DNA of 64,000 nucleotides from Epiperipatus broadwayi (GCA_028023455.1 JAQFVV010000007.1:14570001-14634000); one strand, 5' to 3'. Counted from the first letter of the stretch, positions 39,650 to 54,480 are shown. Made by a program: numbers and translations. The notes: generated by a model from the sequence alone, not told the origin.

Positions 39650-41050
39650 CTATCTGATATTCCAATCATCTTTCTTCATCTATCTATCTATGTATCTGTT
39701 TATCATCTATTTATTTAGCTAGATGTCTAACTGTTCATGTGTTCACTTATCTATCTCTCATCCATTTATCTATATATGTATATATTTTGACTGTCTTTAT
39801 AACTTTTCATCTATTCGTTTGTCAATTCAATTATACATACGTCCATGTGTCTATCTATCTATCTATTTTTCAAACTGTTTATCTATTATTCCAGTCATCT
39901 AATTGTTTAGCCAATCATCTACACATGAATTAATTTATCTATTTACCTATTTCTATCTCTCTCTATATATATATGTAATTTGACTCCCAATTTTTCCATC
40001 TGTTTATTTTTTAGTCTATTCATTTTTCCATCTATAAATCCAATTATTTATTTATCTCTCTGTCTATATATCTAATTATATTTTACTATGTATGTATATT
40101 TCTATCTGTCTTTTGAGACTGTGTATCTGTTGGTTATGCCTATCTACTCATTTATCCATTGATCTATTTGTATGCCGATATATATATATTTGCATTTTTA
40201 CCTACTATCTACTTATTTGTCTAACTGCCCATCCATTCATCTATTTGTCCATCATCCATCCATTTATCTATCTATTTATCAATTTAAACTACCTATCAAT
40301 TTATTTAACTGATCACTTGTTTATATTTTGTTCTGTTTATTTATATGTTCATCCATCCATCTATTTGTACATCCATTAATCTATTTATTTATCTATATCT
40401 AGCATATCTACATATCTGTCTAGTTGTTTATTTATTCATCCATCCATCTATCTATTCATCTACTCATACATATGTACCTTGATTTATTTATCTCTTTAAT
40501 ATATTTTCTTGAGAGTCTGTTAATCTCTCTACTTATCTATTTGTTTGCCTATTCATAAATACATTTACCTATCTATTTATACAGTTATGTATCTGACTGT
40601 CTCTCTATTATAAGTTTATCCATTTATAAATCTATTTATTTATTTATTTATTATATAGCTAAATGATTACTTTGTCTGTGTCTATCAATCCATTAGTTCA
40701 TCAATCTATCTGGCCATGCAACTATCAATCAATTCTATCTATCTGTTAATATGTTTTATCTACCTGTCCACCTTTTATTCATATATCTGTTTGTCTTTTG
40801 ATATATACAACCATTTATTTATCTATTTATTTGTTGATCCATTTATTTATTTATCAGTTTATTTATTTGTCTATCCATCTATCTATTTATTTCTCCTCTA
40901 TACATCCATTATTGATTTATTAATTATTTAACTATTTATCTATCTGTCTGTCTCTTTAACTGTCCATCCATATATCTATCTGTTCATCTATATGTCTATT
41001 TATATTTTTATCTGTCTATATATTTATCTTTCTATCTATTTATCTATATA
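39650..41050. repeat. Long low-complexity tract of decayed (ATCT/ATTT/ATCC)n tetranucleotide repeats
   Basis: Strongly G-poor on the + strand with recurrent TATCTATC, TATTTATT and CATCCATC. Confidence 0.85.
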
Positions 41051-41594
41051 ATGATCATATTTATGATTTTACAAATGATCTCATATTTATCTCTTCATAC
41101 TTTAAAATAGCCACAGCTAAAGTTGAATGATAGACATGCATATATTATAAACAAAATTCTCCTTAGAGTTGTACCACCCAGTGCAAGACAGAGTAACCAA
41201 TGGATGCAAGAAGGTTTGTCATAAAATCCCTATCTAGTGTCATGTGATATTTAATGGTTTAATACATATATTATAAAAATGCATCAATATCCAGATTACA
41301 AAAATATCCAACAAAGTTAACATAGCCACTTTTCCAGTTAACAACATTCATGGAAAAAATGGAAATATTCATTTGAGATTTGAAACATTACCTAAGTTGT
41401 TTTTATAAGTTATATAATCAATCTCAATAATCCTAATCTAATAACTAAGACCATCAGTAATTAAAATTCAATATATTAGATTTATATACAAAAGAATTGA
41501 CCTTAGTTATGAGGTACTGAAAAATTCAAATCTTATCTGTCATCTTTAAGTCATTTTTAACATCAGCTGTCCCTAATATTTATTTAAGGATACA

Positions 41595-41975
41595 GTATAG
41601 GATGTTGCAGACGTCTCCATACATAAAAAAAATTGGAAAATAGTAGTTTAGTATACCTTTATTTATAAAATATTCATTACAAAATTGTATAAAATATTCT
41701 TTATATGTTACTGCTTTATACACACAAAGGATGTCTTCTCTCCATTCATGGCAAAGACATCTTTACACAAGTAATTTTATTTTTTTAGTAGATCCATGTT
41801 TCTAATATTTTTTGTACAAAATCACTATTAAATGACCTTAACACCTAAAAGTCAAATAAAGGAGAAATAGGAGATTTCACAGGGCTGCAGCAACCAATCC
41901 ACAAATATGGAAGCAATTGATATTAAATATAAATTTGGTCATTTTTTTTATGTATGAGGATGTTTAGAATATTCT
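41595..41975. mobile_element. Possible old MITE with degenerate terminal inverted repeats
   Basis: CAGACGTCTCCATACATAAAAAAAATT near 41608 versus the reverse complement of ATTTTTTTTATGTATGAGGATGTTTAG near 41941-41967. Boundaries are approximate. Confidence 0.35.
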
Positions 41976-43414
41976 TGAATTTTATATATTAGAGATTGAT
42001 TGCTTACCTGAATATTATTTATTTAATTATCTCAGCATTATTACCATCTCTATCAATTTCTATCAATCTAGCACATGATAAAGATATTTTTAAATTCAAT
42101 ACAGTATTTCAATCCATAGTTTCACCATATCACTCCAGTAAATCTCTTTATTTTTTACATCCCTTTTTATGAAGGTTCTTTATATTGATATTTGATTGTA
42201 GAAATTTATCCTGACCTACTCCATTTTAGCCTTTTAATTTTCTCATTGATGTGAATAATACTTGTTTGTTTTCTCATTCATTTTTAACTCATTTTTTAAA
42301 TCTCAACTCCATATTATATAGTTTAAAGGTCTATGATGTTTTTATGTTTGGATGTGAGACTGGTAAGAATTCTTCTATAGATTGCATTTTAAATTTAATA
42401 CAAAAAGATGCCTCTAATAAATTGATAACTCATGAGAAGCACAGTTGAGAATCGATAGTCCTTCTGTCATATTAATATTTAAATGAACTATAACTTACTG
42501 CTTCAAAATAAATTAATAAATACATATTTGAGAAAAAATTTAATAATTATTTTTAGGCATAATTCTTCTCAGTTTAGTTTTTAAACAAATTTATTTAAGT
42601 TAGTATTTATTTCTTCATTTGTTTAGGCAATATCATATAATCTATTTTTAACAGACTTCTATCACATAGATTTTTGTCAAATTCGCAAGTGGTATTTCAA
42701 TCTGCATGGATGTACTTCAGTATGGTTTCAGTGATATGCAATAGATGGCAGTATATTAAAAAAACACTTTCATTGAATTTCATGATTAAGTGACAAAAAA
42801 ACATTTTGAGTTAATTAAAATAGAAAGAAAAGGAAATGAAGGGTAAAAATCTTAATTTCTTTCGGTTGTTGAATTAACACTTGTTTTTAATGCTGTCTTC
42901 ATAAACATTAACATCTTGTAAACAATTTTTAACACATATTTCATTTCAAATATTGCAAATACAGTGACATTGTTTGATTGTCAGTTTTAAATATGAATAC
43001 CCAAAAAGAACCATTGTAAAATATCTGAATACTAAAAAGTAATAAACACTTTAGATCATAAATATAGCTTGATCCTCCTCCCCTTTATTGTTAAATGAAT
43101 AGTTGCTTTGACAAATGAATGAGATTGTTGGTTGTTATTGGTATTGTTTAAGTGTTGACTTCTTTCAATGAATTTAAACTTATCTAGCCTTAAGCATTAT
43201 TAGTTTTATTATTTAAGTAATACATTATTGGAGTGCAGTTGAAAGTTATAATTGCAGTTTGACAGGTGTTATAATTGACTATTTTTAATCTATTTTCAGA
43301 ACAGTTTATATTTTTCCATTTAATGAGGTTTATTTAAACTTCTTTGTATAAATAATTTCACTTTCTGTGTTCAAGTTGCAATCTTTAGTGTTTATATAAA
43401 CATATCAGACCATA

Positions 43415-43530
43415 AATAAAGGTGGATTTCCACCTTTATTGTTAAAAAAGGTTGCCTTGACAACAGATTGAGATTGGTGATTGTGTTGATATTGGCATTG
43501 TTTAAGTATTGACTGCTTTCAATAAATGTA
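43415..43530 (+). repeat. Dispersed repeat family D: terminal hairpin plus AAAGGTTGCCTTGACAACAGATTG core
   Basis: Perfect hairpin AATAAAGGTGGA-TT-TCCACCTTTATT at 43415-43440. Related copies near 13420-13490 (-), 43070-43190, 52285-52330 (-), 60755-60840 and 61080-61135. Confidence 0.7.
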
Positions 43531-46500
43531 CATATATATATATATGTTTGATTAAAAACACATTTGATTTGTTAAATAATGCACTAAAACCTTAAAACTT
43601 TTTTCTTCAACTACAATTTTGACTACTATGTGCAAGTTATACTATAAGTATGAAGCAGCTTCAAGTTGAATTAATTAATTGATGTATGCCCCATACTTTT
43701 AATTCAAGTATTTTAATAAAATATTATATATATATTGTAACGAGCACAGATGTTCGTTACATTGTTGTTGCTTTTTTATTTATTAAACATGAAAGTAAAT
43801 TAAAAAGTTCGCATTTAAAAATTTTCTTTTAGAATTAAAAATTGAAATTAAATATCATCTTAAACTCGTATATATTAAATCGCACAGATAAAAAAAAATT
43901 ATTAAAATAAAAATGTATTAAAAATAGAAAGGTATTTTAAAAACAAAAACTTAAAAAGATTTAGAGATAAAAGTGTATATTTGATTTGGAAAACAGGTTA
44001 ATTAATCAGAAATGAAAATGATTGTTAATTAGTTAAATGTAAACCAGCCTTGTGCATTTAAATGTAAAAACATCGGTCAGATACGGAAACAATAGAAACT
44101 TTTAGCAAATGAAATAAATCCATTGGGAAATCGGACCTCAACGAAAAGGATCATCACATCGATGACGTAATGTTAAGTCAATCTTTCAAAGTAATATAAA
44201 AGGACAAGTTAAGAAATTATTAATTAGTCATAGATTATTGATTATTACGATGTGACTATATGTATTAGTACGGAGTTGAGGTGAAGGAATTGACAGACGC
44301 ACCGTCAATTCTTTCAGCTGTTAAAGAAAAGAGAAATGAACTATCATTTTTCTACATTGAGGACCAGTTAAAACAAAAACCTCCGGATGGATAAATAAAT
44401 CGCCCAACAGAATATCAATCTTAGGACGGCGTGGGAATTTATGTTCATGGCAAGCAACAGATAAAGTTGGACGTTTTAAAAATCGTAAGAACTTTATATT
44501 CACTTGAAACAATAAGAACTCTAAATTTTAAAACTTTTTAGTAAATAATGCAATAGAATCCTATCTGACCAAACTAAATTCTTTATTAATAGTGTTATTT
44601 GATGTATTTTTTTTTCTTATTTATGTAAAATCATTTCCATTTAATTATTTTTTGTTCTTTAAGTTTTTATCATGATTTTTTTTTTGTTTTTCGTTAAATT
44701 AATTATATAAGTGTTAAACTTAAGTCGGGCGTGAATGGCTGTATAGATTTGTAAAGTTATATTAGGGGAGGGTAATCTTAGGTTATTTGTTTCATGGTTA
44801 AATTGGGTCAATGGATTGGATATATTGGTGTGATTAGTAGATGTAATATTGATTCGCTACGGGCAGAATCGCTTCATACGCCGCACACTTCCGTTTGCCT
44901 ATGGAAGGAATTATAAGTCGGATACCGCAGTTCCTTTCTATGGAGTTTTTTGTTTTATTGCTCTTCTTTGCAGATAGATGTAATATTCCTATCTCATAAG
45001 AGGCAATTTCTTCTCTTAACCTTTTGTGCTGCCGTATTTTATTACATTGAATACATCGATATATCAGATGAATTGATGCCAGTTTGACTACGAATTTTAG
45101 CCTAAGGTTAAATAGGGATAGAATGTTTATTTTCAAAAGCAAATTTATGTGGTCTATTCATACTCGACCCTAAATAAAAATGCAGTAAATTTAAGTTGTT
45201 TATAGACGCTTGCATGGATTGGTTATTGGTTAAGTATGTTTTGGGTTTTCATATTTGATCAAAATATATAGACATTCGATAAATAATGATACCTTACGGT
45301 GAGTATCTAAAATGTATTTATTCGGATGTCTTTTAAGTTATTGGTGACAATGCAAGTATCTTATGATGAATACTATTGGGTTATGTATAAATTTCCCTCC
45401 GCAATTGTCAGTAATCAATAATTTTGTATTTTGACTGTTTATGTTTACTTTGAAATGTTTTTGACCGTGAAATCTATGTAACCGATCTATATTCAACATT
45501 ATAAACAAGCTTTCATCAATTTATCTGTGCGAACTTAATTAAAATGTAAAATTAGAATATAATAGTAATTAAATGTAAATTAAAGTCAAAAATCAAAGTT
45601 AAAAATAATGTTAAATGTTAAAATGTAAAACTAATACTAAAATAATTTTAAATCTTATATATATGTGCATAAATAAATGTTTGTATGTTAATTACTGGCA
45701 GTGGCTTATTTTATTTATTTTTTAATGTTGAAATCTAATTAGATAAGATATTATATTATTTAATCTCTGCTATTCCACTGAGCTAGTGACATGGGCTAAC
45801 GACCGGAACCAAAATATTTAAAAAAAAAAAAAATTTTTTTTTTTTTTGACTTACGTATCTGCCTACTTTATAAATTTTTCTAGGTTCAAATGCCTAGATG
45901 GCACCCTGTAGTGCAGTTTACGTTAAGTCGCTTTCTCCGGATCTTTACAATATATATATATATTGCAACAACATGGAACAAGATGTAAATATGTAGAATT
46001 GGGAAACCATCATCATACATTTAATAAATCATCACTCATTGGCATGATAGACTAAATCATCAAATATAAGATCAGCATAAACAAAAGTAATCAAATCATT
46101 CATCATCATGCACAATTACCAAAAAAAAATCAAGTCAATCTTGTCACTGGATTTAGAAGGTGCCCATTATAAATAAGCTAAGTATCTAGCCACTGCCAAA
46201 CTTAGGGTGGAAATACAACATAATTATCTGAATGCACAGGTAATTCCTCAGAATATAAAAAAATCAAATAATGCTGAAACATGCTGCTCATCATCAAATG
46301 CCCTGGACATATAGTTAATGCACTGGAAACTGTAAATGTAATTTCTAATAATAAAAAATATCTAATGTAGTACATGGACATTAAAGGATATACCTTTGCA
46401 CTATCCAGGACTTTCATCTGGGTGTCCAAAATCACAATGTAAACCCAAATATTTCTATAAGTAACTATTATGATCTAATCTAGTTCAGGAAACAAAAACT

Positions 46501-49500
46501 CTATAAACAGTTGCTGTGGAAAAAGTATAAATAAATAAAAATAACAGCTTGTTCAAAATTAGTTTAATCCTAGTATAATTTAATATTTTAACTGGGATAA
46601 TTTAAAAATTTTAGAATATTAAGCTGAATTAAAATCAGATCACACTGCCAATTCATAGAACAGATTGGTGGAAAAACTGATTAATAATAAATAGAAATAA
46701 GAAATGATATGATAATATGAAACTTTAAACATTCATTTTATCAAAAAAAATATAGTTTCATAAAAAAAATTATTATATTAACCATTTGATTTTTTCATTA
46801 AATTAATTAACTTTTAATTCATTAAATTATTTCTTTAAATAACCAAAAGTTGGAAAACAACATTTTTTTTTAAATCATAGATAGCAATCTTTAAATTAGT
46901 TTAACTAATCTTTTGTTGACATTTGGAGGGAAAAATAAATGAATGAAAAAAAACATGTTTCAAAAAGATAAAATTATAAATTAACAATGTTAATTTTTTC
47001 AAAAAACTCCTTTTATAATTTTGAAGAAAGAAAGAAAATTAAATGGATAAAAAATCATGTTTCACAAGAACATATATTAATAAAAATTATTTAAAATTAT
47101 CAATGATTACTTTTATATAAAAAAAAACAATATTTTTAAACTATAACTGAAAATAGAACATGCACATAAAACACTACCTTTAACCATGATTTTAAAATTC
47201 TTTAAAGTCCTTTGCAGTTATAATTTCTCATTTTTCCAGGTAAGTTTTCTTCTTGAAGGTTTCTACCCAGTATACATTATTAATTGTTCCTTCTTGGAAG
47301 TGTAGTATTTTCAAGGTAACAAATAGCAAAAATTTATTTATTTATTTCAAATAAATTTTCCAAGTGACACAGACCTATAAAGATTTGTGCTCTTTGTTGA
47401 AGACAGGGTTGCACATTATTTCAGGGGCATTTTCTTCTTTACATTTTATTCCAGGAAGCAGGTTACATGGAAGAAGATGATTTCTAGCATTTAGCTTACT
47501 TAGTATATGGTTTTGATTGTAGAAAACATTTTTCTAACTAAAATCATAGAGTGCTAATAGCTTGTTTAAAAATATTTTGGCTTCTTTTCTTCTTTAGTAG
47601 ATAAGTATGAAACATCTTTTCTTTTTTAGCAATTGGAGCAAGGTTTTCTTCTCCTGTTGTCCTCTTCAGCAGTTAGGTCAATACTTTTTTTTACAAGGCA
47701 CTTAGGTCTTCTGAAAATCCCACATTCCTACTTTTTCTATGGAACAACTGTCTTCAAGCCAATCACATTTCTGTCTCCAACATGACATAATTAGTAGTAA
47801 ACAATTAGGACAATTTTTACAAATACAATTGTGTAGTGATTCCCCCCCCCCCATCAACATTCACATTGAAAAACAAGTCAAAAATTTAAATTAAAATCAT
47901 AAAAAAATTTAACATTTTTTTTTACTTAAAAAAATTTCTTGCCAAAAGAAAACAAGATGATCAGATTAATTAGACTGATTTCATAAACACTATCTTTTTT
48001 CTTGAAGAGAAAGATAAAAATAAAAGAAAGAAATAAAACTCTAATTAAAATAAAATTTTAATAAAGTGCTAAATTCATATTTTTTCTTCTTTTTTTTAAA
48101 TACTATTAAACATAAAATTGTATTTATTTTATTTTTTTTCAAAAGTTAAAACCAAAAGTTTCAATAAACTTTTCAAAATCAAAACTGGTAAATAGTTAAT
48201 AATTTTTGAAGAGAGAAAACAAAAGAAATTATTTATTTGATTTTATATTTTTCTCTCTCTTTTACAACTATTTATAAATTAGTAAAATACTCATATTACT
48301 ATTGTTTTTAAAAAGTCTAGAATATTTATATTACCATTTAGAAAGAAAAAGAATTAAATGAAATGAAATACTCATTATTATTATAACAAAAACACAGAAA
48401 ATTACATATTAATTAAAACTAAATTTAAACTTTAGGAGCTTATAATATTAGCATGACTAGTGCCCACAATATAAATATAATCCACTGTCTTGAGCTAATA
48501 ATTTGTATTGTGCTATTCTTAATGACACTATCGGTTTGAGTTGTTTAATTAAACATTATCTTGTATCCCTTGATGTAGCATTAAGACTGCCAATAGACAA
48601 ACTTGTTGAGCATTAAATAAACTAGCAACCAATCAGATAAAAAATCCCTGATTTTTTAATTTATGATTTACTTTGATTAGCTAATTGCAAAGATCTATTT
48701 TTTTATCCATCTTTCAAACATTTTCAATAAAACCCACACCAGAAAATTCTATGCCCACCAAATATTTAAGTAACTGCCCAACCTATGTAAATAATGTCTA
48801 CTTTAAAAACATCTTCAGCATTCCAGACAGAAATATAGTCTGTGTAACCAATAATAAAAAACCCATCAAAACTTTTTAACTGATAATGCATGACCATCAT
48901 TGAATAAAACTTTAATATGGATTGCTTTCACATCCTCCATGAATTCATCAATTAAATTTTGTGAAGCAATGATCCAGAATTAACAATTATATTTTGACTG
49001 AAGGGTTTATATTTGTGGTAAAGTACTAAGGAAATGTAAAACATTAATGGATGGTTCAAATACAGCACGCAAAGAAATCTCTTTCCAAATTAATGTCTCA
49101 ATATTTATTATATTTACTGTATGATTTTTTAAATGTCATTTGCTTTCAATCCCATATTTAAACTTCAATTACTTTTATTCAATAAATCCAATAAGATTAA
49201 AATTAAGAATCACACTCTACCCTCCCCTTTTTCCCCAAATGTGTATGCAGTTACATGGAGTTTTTGGCATTGATTGAAAATTGATAATAAAGACAAACTA
49301 CGCAATGGTTATCATTATAATATAAATATATTTATTTATTTATTTTTTTGATACAGCATTAATTGTAAAAGTTCGGAAGTGATTTTCATGCCTTCACGTT
49401 TTCTAATTTTCTATATAGATGTAATTATACTCTATCCATTTACACAAATTTAAATAATAGTTATGTGCTTAATGCAATTTTCTGGACATATTCATTTGCC

Positions 49501-49530
49501 TAAGAGATCATCTGTCTTGCAATCCTAGTT

Positions 49531-49694
49531 TAATATATAGGGTATATAAGCACAGACTTTCATACTACCCACCACTATCCACACTGATACACTTATCTTT
49601 TCAACATATATGTGTTCAAGTGTATCAGTGTTATGAGATAGTATGGAGAGTGATGGGTAGTGTAAAAGTCTGTGCTTATATACCCTATATATTA
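49531..49694. mobile_element. Short palindromic family-A relative (outer ends only, no hammerhead)
   Basis: TAATATATAGGGTATATAAGCACAGACTTT is mirrored by AAAGTCTGTGCTTATATACCCTATATATTA. Shares CAGACTTTCA and ACTATCCACACT with the 18.1-kb element. Confidence 0.75.
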
Positions 49695-49944
49695 CTTATA
49701 TAGACACAGGTATATAATAAGCCTGTGTGTTTCAGTTAACCCTAGTTTAAGTAAATTTATTATCAATAAATTATACATAAAGTAATTCAAGTTGTGAAAA
49801 AACACATTTACTTAAATATATTTTTTTTAGTATACTAACTTATTTTTCTTCATATTAAGTAATTTCTATTAAAAACACTTAAGTTTAATTCAGCAATTAG
49901 TTTCATCTATTGTTTTCATCATAAGTAAAAATCTATTTAAAACC

Positions 49945-50030
49945 CTGCATGGTTTGATACAGTTGGACTCTAATTTGGAATCAGGTGATCCCAGAATTGA
50001 CTCCGGTGCTCACAGATCTGGTATCCAAAC
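49945..50030 (+). repeat. Dispersed tRNA-derived SINE-like head
   Basis: CCCTGCATGGTTTGATACAGTTGGACTCTAATTTGGAATCAGGTGATC; similar to 56415-56492 (minus) and to the array unit start. Confidence 0.5.
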
Positions 50031-50169
50031 TTCTTATCAACTCCTGAGCAATAAAGCTATATGCCTTTTTATCTATTTAAAGTATTTGTTGTTGTTAATA
50101 TTTTTATTCATCATGAACTTTCTGTATATTATCATCATTGGAAATTCATTGAGTATTATATCTTTTTTA

Positions 50170-50395
50170 GTATTTATCTTTAGTCTTACATTTTACTTTC
50201 ATCTTATAATGTTTATAATTGTTTCTGAAGATTCCAAGCATATTCTCAAATAACAACCATTTCATCTGCGTAATCTATGTGGTTTAAGCAATCTTCATTT
50301 TTTCTTGATAGTTTCTATTTTTAATTTACCAGAATACTTCTTTTAAAATTACTGTAAAAGATTTTGGCAATACAGAATCACCCTGTTTAATGTTA
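50170..50395 (-). mobile_element. Old RTE RT fragment
   Basis: Minus-strand reading KQGDSVLPKSFTVILKEVF...DCLNHIDYADE. Confidence 0.7.
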
Positions 50396-51219
50396 TGCAT
50401 GGTTTGGGTTACTGGAAGTGTAGTAGGATCAAAGCCAATCTCTGTCACTTCTGTTTCTCAAATGTTTTATGAATTTCTGAACAATAAACTATTTGGTTTA
50501 TTATGATTATTATTGTTATTATTGTGGTTATTATTACTACTATTACTGCTGTCAATAATATCAATGTTCCTCTTCTTAGAGTCACCATGTGATTTATCTA
50601 CTGCTGATGCATTTTAATTAATATTTTTAGACATTGACAATATTCTGAATTTATATTTTGATATTCTAAAGCTAACTCCATTGCATTAAAGTTTGAAGAA
50701 TCAAATGATTTTCTTTATAATCTATAAATCCAATGCAAAAAGTCATGCTCATTGGTATTTTTTTATATACCATTAATATTCAGATGTGTTCTACATGTAA
50801 AAAATAAACACATATAAACCCTATCATGTTATTTGAGTTGGTACTAGTCTTACAATTTCTGTAGATGAGTTGTATAATATTAATAAAGATTTTACATGAA
50901 ATTTACAGATAGATGTCTGTAATCTTTAAAATTTTTCTTTTTACCTTTCTTAAAAATTCTATCATCTGATATATTCTTATTGAGTTATCGGTTTATATAT
51001 AAGTTAGCCAACAATTTTATATTTTTCCATCTTCTTTTAAAACTTTATCATTGCTAAAACTGCCCACATCGTTTTGTTCAATGATAGAGTTTCAGACTAT
51101 CAAATATATGGTCCTCTGATTGATTTCTTTTTAGCGCTTCTGACTTTTAAACTTCTTAGGAAATTTTGAGAAAGATTTGAAATACAGGCATTCTTATACC
51201 TGAAACTTAATTGTAAATT

Positions 51220-51585
51220 TAAAAGATTTGAACTCAGACTTTCAACTATCCACACTATCTCATACTACTGATACACATGACCACACACATGTAAATAAGA
51301 TAAATAATCACCAATATACATATTTTATGCTGAACCAGCAATTATCAATTGGTCCAGATTATCATCTCCCACACATATATATAATCAGTGCTCAGTTTAT
51401 ATTAAGATAGCAAATATTTATACTTTAATGGACAGGCTTTAATCTACTCCAACTCTTCAGCCATCTATACCATTGAAAATCTGATAATAGAATGTCCAAT
51501 GCATGTAAGATCATGTTTATCAGTAGTATGAAATAATGTGGATAGTTGAAGTTGCTTAAAAATCTGAGTTCAAATCCCCTAAATT
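51220..51585. mobile_element. Family-A insertion with one full arm (degenerate hammerhead) and a short inverted outer arm
   Basis: 51228-51455 aligns to 18111-18340. 51528-51578 is the inverted outer ~55 nt (...CTGAGTTCAAATCCCCTA). Confidence 0.8.
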
Positions 51586-53124
51586 CGTAAATTTTGAGAA
51601 ATAAAACCATTCAATGTTTTTTAATCATCTAGAATTTATCATATTTAAATTTTACTGTATGTCATTCTTTTTACTTAAATTATATTGAATTTTAAAATAT
51701 GTTCTTTTCTAGAAAGAAGAACAGGGCATTGCATTAGAGGGTGTGCAACTAATTGTAATTTATGCTTATAGTCATGAAAAAAAATATGGCTCTCATTTCC
51801 TGATGGCTATGAAGTTGTTAATTAAGGCAAATACCATCAATTATAACCTAGTGTACTAAAATTCTCCTAATTTTGAACCCAGGCCATCATTTGTTAATGG
51901 ACTTTCCTATAGCTACCTATAATTGTAGAGTGCTTTCACATAAAGAAAGACTGCATAAATTGAAAAGTAGAATTCATAATACTTTTTACTTCATACTTTT
52001 TTTTCAAAGCTCATTTTATGTCATCATAAAATTACAATAATGTGGTCATTCAAATATTTAAAGATAATATACCACACCTGCTTTATGCATGTAGAAAATA
52101 ATTTAAATATAACATTTGTCTATGACAAAAAGGGAGCTCAGCTACAAAAATACATTAAGGTCATATTTAATGATTTCCATATTTTCTCTATGCATAACAC
52201 ATTTATAATATTACCTTAATGAAAATATAAATTGGATGTGATATGTATAATCACAAGATAACAACAACCATCTCATCTAAACAATTACATTTCAATCTGT
52301 TGTCAAGGCAACCTCCACAAGTAAAAGATGGCAAAATGATATTTGAAGCGTAAAAAATTGAGATTTTTATATTCCCAGTATTTATTTTGTGAAAGAGAAG
52401 AATTCATTTTCTATTTATGAAAGCTGTTCTTAAGAATGGATTAAAAATTCATAGTTTGAATAAGCTTCTGTTTCCTATCATAAGATTACTTTTATCAAAT
52501 CAGCCATCTTTCATCAAAATCATGTACAAATAGAAACAATGCATAATAACTCTACTGAAATATATATATAATTTAAAAGTCAATAGCTACAAAATTCAAT
52601 CTTTTCTTTATTTAAAGGAGGAGTGTAGCTGAAAGAATATAACTACGGGCCATCTAAAATAATATATATATAACCATCAAAAAAATATTGATAAAATATT
52701 ATGAATTTTAAAAATCTGGATTCTATTTGAAAAGAAAATTGGATAGTTAAATTTTTAAAGTTTTAAATATTACTTTGGAAAAGAACTATATAATATTAAG
52801 CAAGTCACTATCAGATTTTGTAAAATTAGGAGGAAATGTAAAGAGTTAATTGATTTGAGAAGCCAGATGTGTAATTTGTGTTATGTGTTCAAAGACGAAG
52901 AATATATGAAATATGATTTACCATAAGAAGAAGAATATTATGTAAGTTGATGCTATATTGGGCAGTTTTTGTCAAAATAAATTGAACTAATGGAAGATGC
53001 CAAATATATATAATTTAAATTTATTCAAACTTATTTCAAAGCAACTACATATGAATACATTACTACAATAATTTACAAATCAGATTCCTAAAGATCATCA
53101 TCATCAAACTTGCAAACAATACCC

Positions 53125-53324
53125 ACTTTCTCATATCAATGCCAATCTGACCACCATATTATTTTAAGTAAATCAGACATGGGCACTCAAAATGATAAAA
53201 CTTTATATTATGACTTTTTTAGAATTATTAATCAATCCTGTTTACAAATTTAAATAATATTGTGGAGGTCAGATAAAGTGACCATCTTTGTCTGACCACT
53301 AGATTAGCATTAGTATGAGAAAGT
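53125..53324. repeat. Degenerate inverted repeat with an internal perfect hairpin
   Basis: CTTTCTCATATCAATGCCAATCTGACC is mirrored by AGATTAGCATTAGTATGAGAAAG. Inner hairpin GGTCAGATAAAG-TGACCAT-CTTTGTCTGACC. Confidence 0.6.
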
Positions 53325-53879
53325 AGACTTTTTTGGAGTTTGTTTAAAAATGATTTTTTAAAAATATGACTTGTGAATTATGATAGTAATATGTTAGGAT
53401 TTGGGTGCTTTATATTTTAAGTATTTCATGCGTACCTAGTAACTGTAATTTATATATCAGATTATTAAAATAATTATACTTTTATTGATAAAAATTGAAT
53501 ACCTTTGATCAGTTTAAATTATATTATAATATTCTCATGGGATATTGTAATGCTAAGCCTGAAAGATAACTGAATGTTAAAAATTCCAGAAATGACAGGT
53601 AGAAATGAAAATAGAAGTAATCAAATAAAGATATGGCGAAACAGGATCATCATTTAATTAACAGAAAATAAAGTGTTCATGATCTTAGCATGCTTAATAG
53701 ATTTTACATAAGAAGAGATAATATATTACTGAAATAAAACTAAATGTTATTTGAAAACTATTAAGGTAGTGTTTTGTTCTATTGTCTCACCACTTGATAG
53801 TGTTGATGCTAAGCAAAAACACATAGATATAATGTTATTACGCCAGTGATTCTATAGAACTGTTGATGTTATTTTTGGA

Positions 53880-54480
53880 ATAGGAAATAATAGTAAATTA
53901 TATTACGATTTTCATAAAATTAAAAAATTCAAACAAAATATAAATATGTAGGCCGACTTTTTGGACTTTTTGGGATGGTAATTAATCAGAGACTGGCTTT
54001 TATGTGTGTGTATGTGTGGATATAAAAAGCTATGTTCTTTCTTTAATAGAAAATAAGAGTAAATTTTAGCCTTTGGGGTCATTAATTAATCAGACACTGT
54101 GTTTTGAAATCAAAGTAAATTATATTACAATTTCCACAAAATTTAACAAATTTAAACAAAATTTTACAATGAAAGCCAACTTTGACCTTTTTGGGACAGT
54201 AATTAATTAGAGAGTGGCATTTTTTCGTGAGTGTGTGTGCATATATAAAAAGTTACATTACTTTTTTAATAACAAATAATAGTAAATATAGCGGAAACTT
54301 ATTTGGACAGTAATTAATCAGAGACGGGCTTCTTTGTGTGTGTGTGTGTGGATCAGAAAAGTTACAGTATTTTTTTAATAAAAAATAAAAATAAATTTTA
54401 CTCCTTTTTTGGACAAAAAAGTAAATTAGATTTCAATTTACCCACTAAAGTTAATAAAATAACAAACTATTAAAATGAAA
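53880..54480. repeat. Degenerate ~115-bp tandem repeat with (GT)n cores, probably internal to a DNA transposon remnant
   Basis: TTTGGGACAGTAATTAATCAGAGAC-like motif at about 53965, 54070, 54188 and 54302. Confidence 0.65.

Noticed and set aside
24530-45905. CTCF-like TAGATGGCA/TAGGTGGCA motifs (about 24531, 26053, 42743, 45895)
   Set aside because: Short motifs whose function cannot be supported from sequence alone.
47340-47790. Coding-like minus-strand stretch (IDLTAEEDNRRRKPCSNC; CNPVFNKE)
   Set aside because: Interrupted by stops and has no family motif I can name with confidence.
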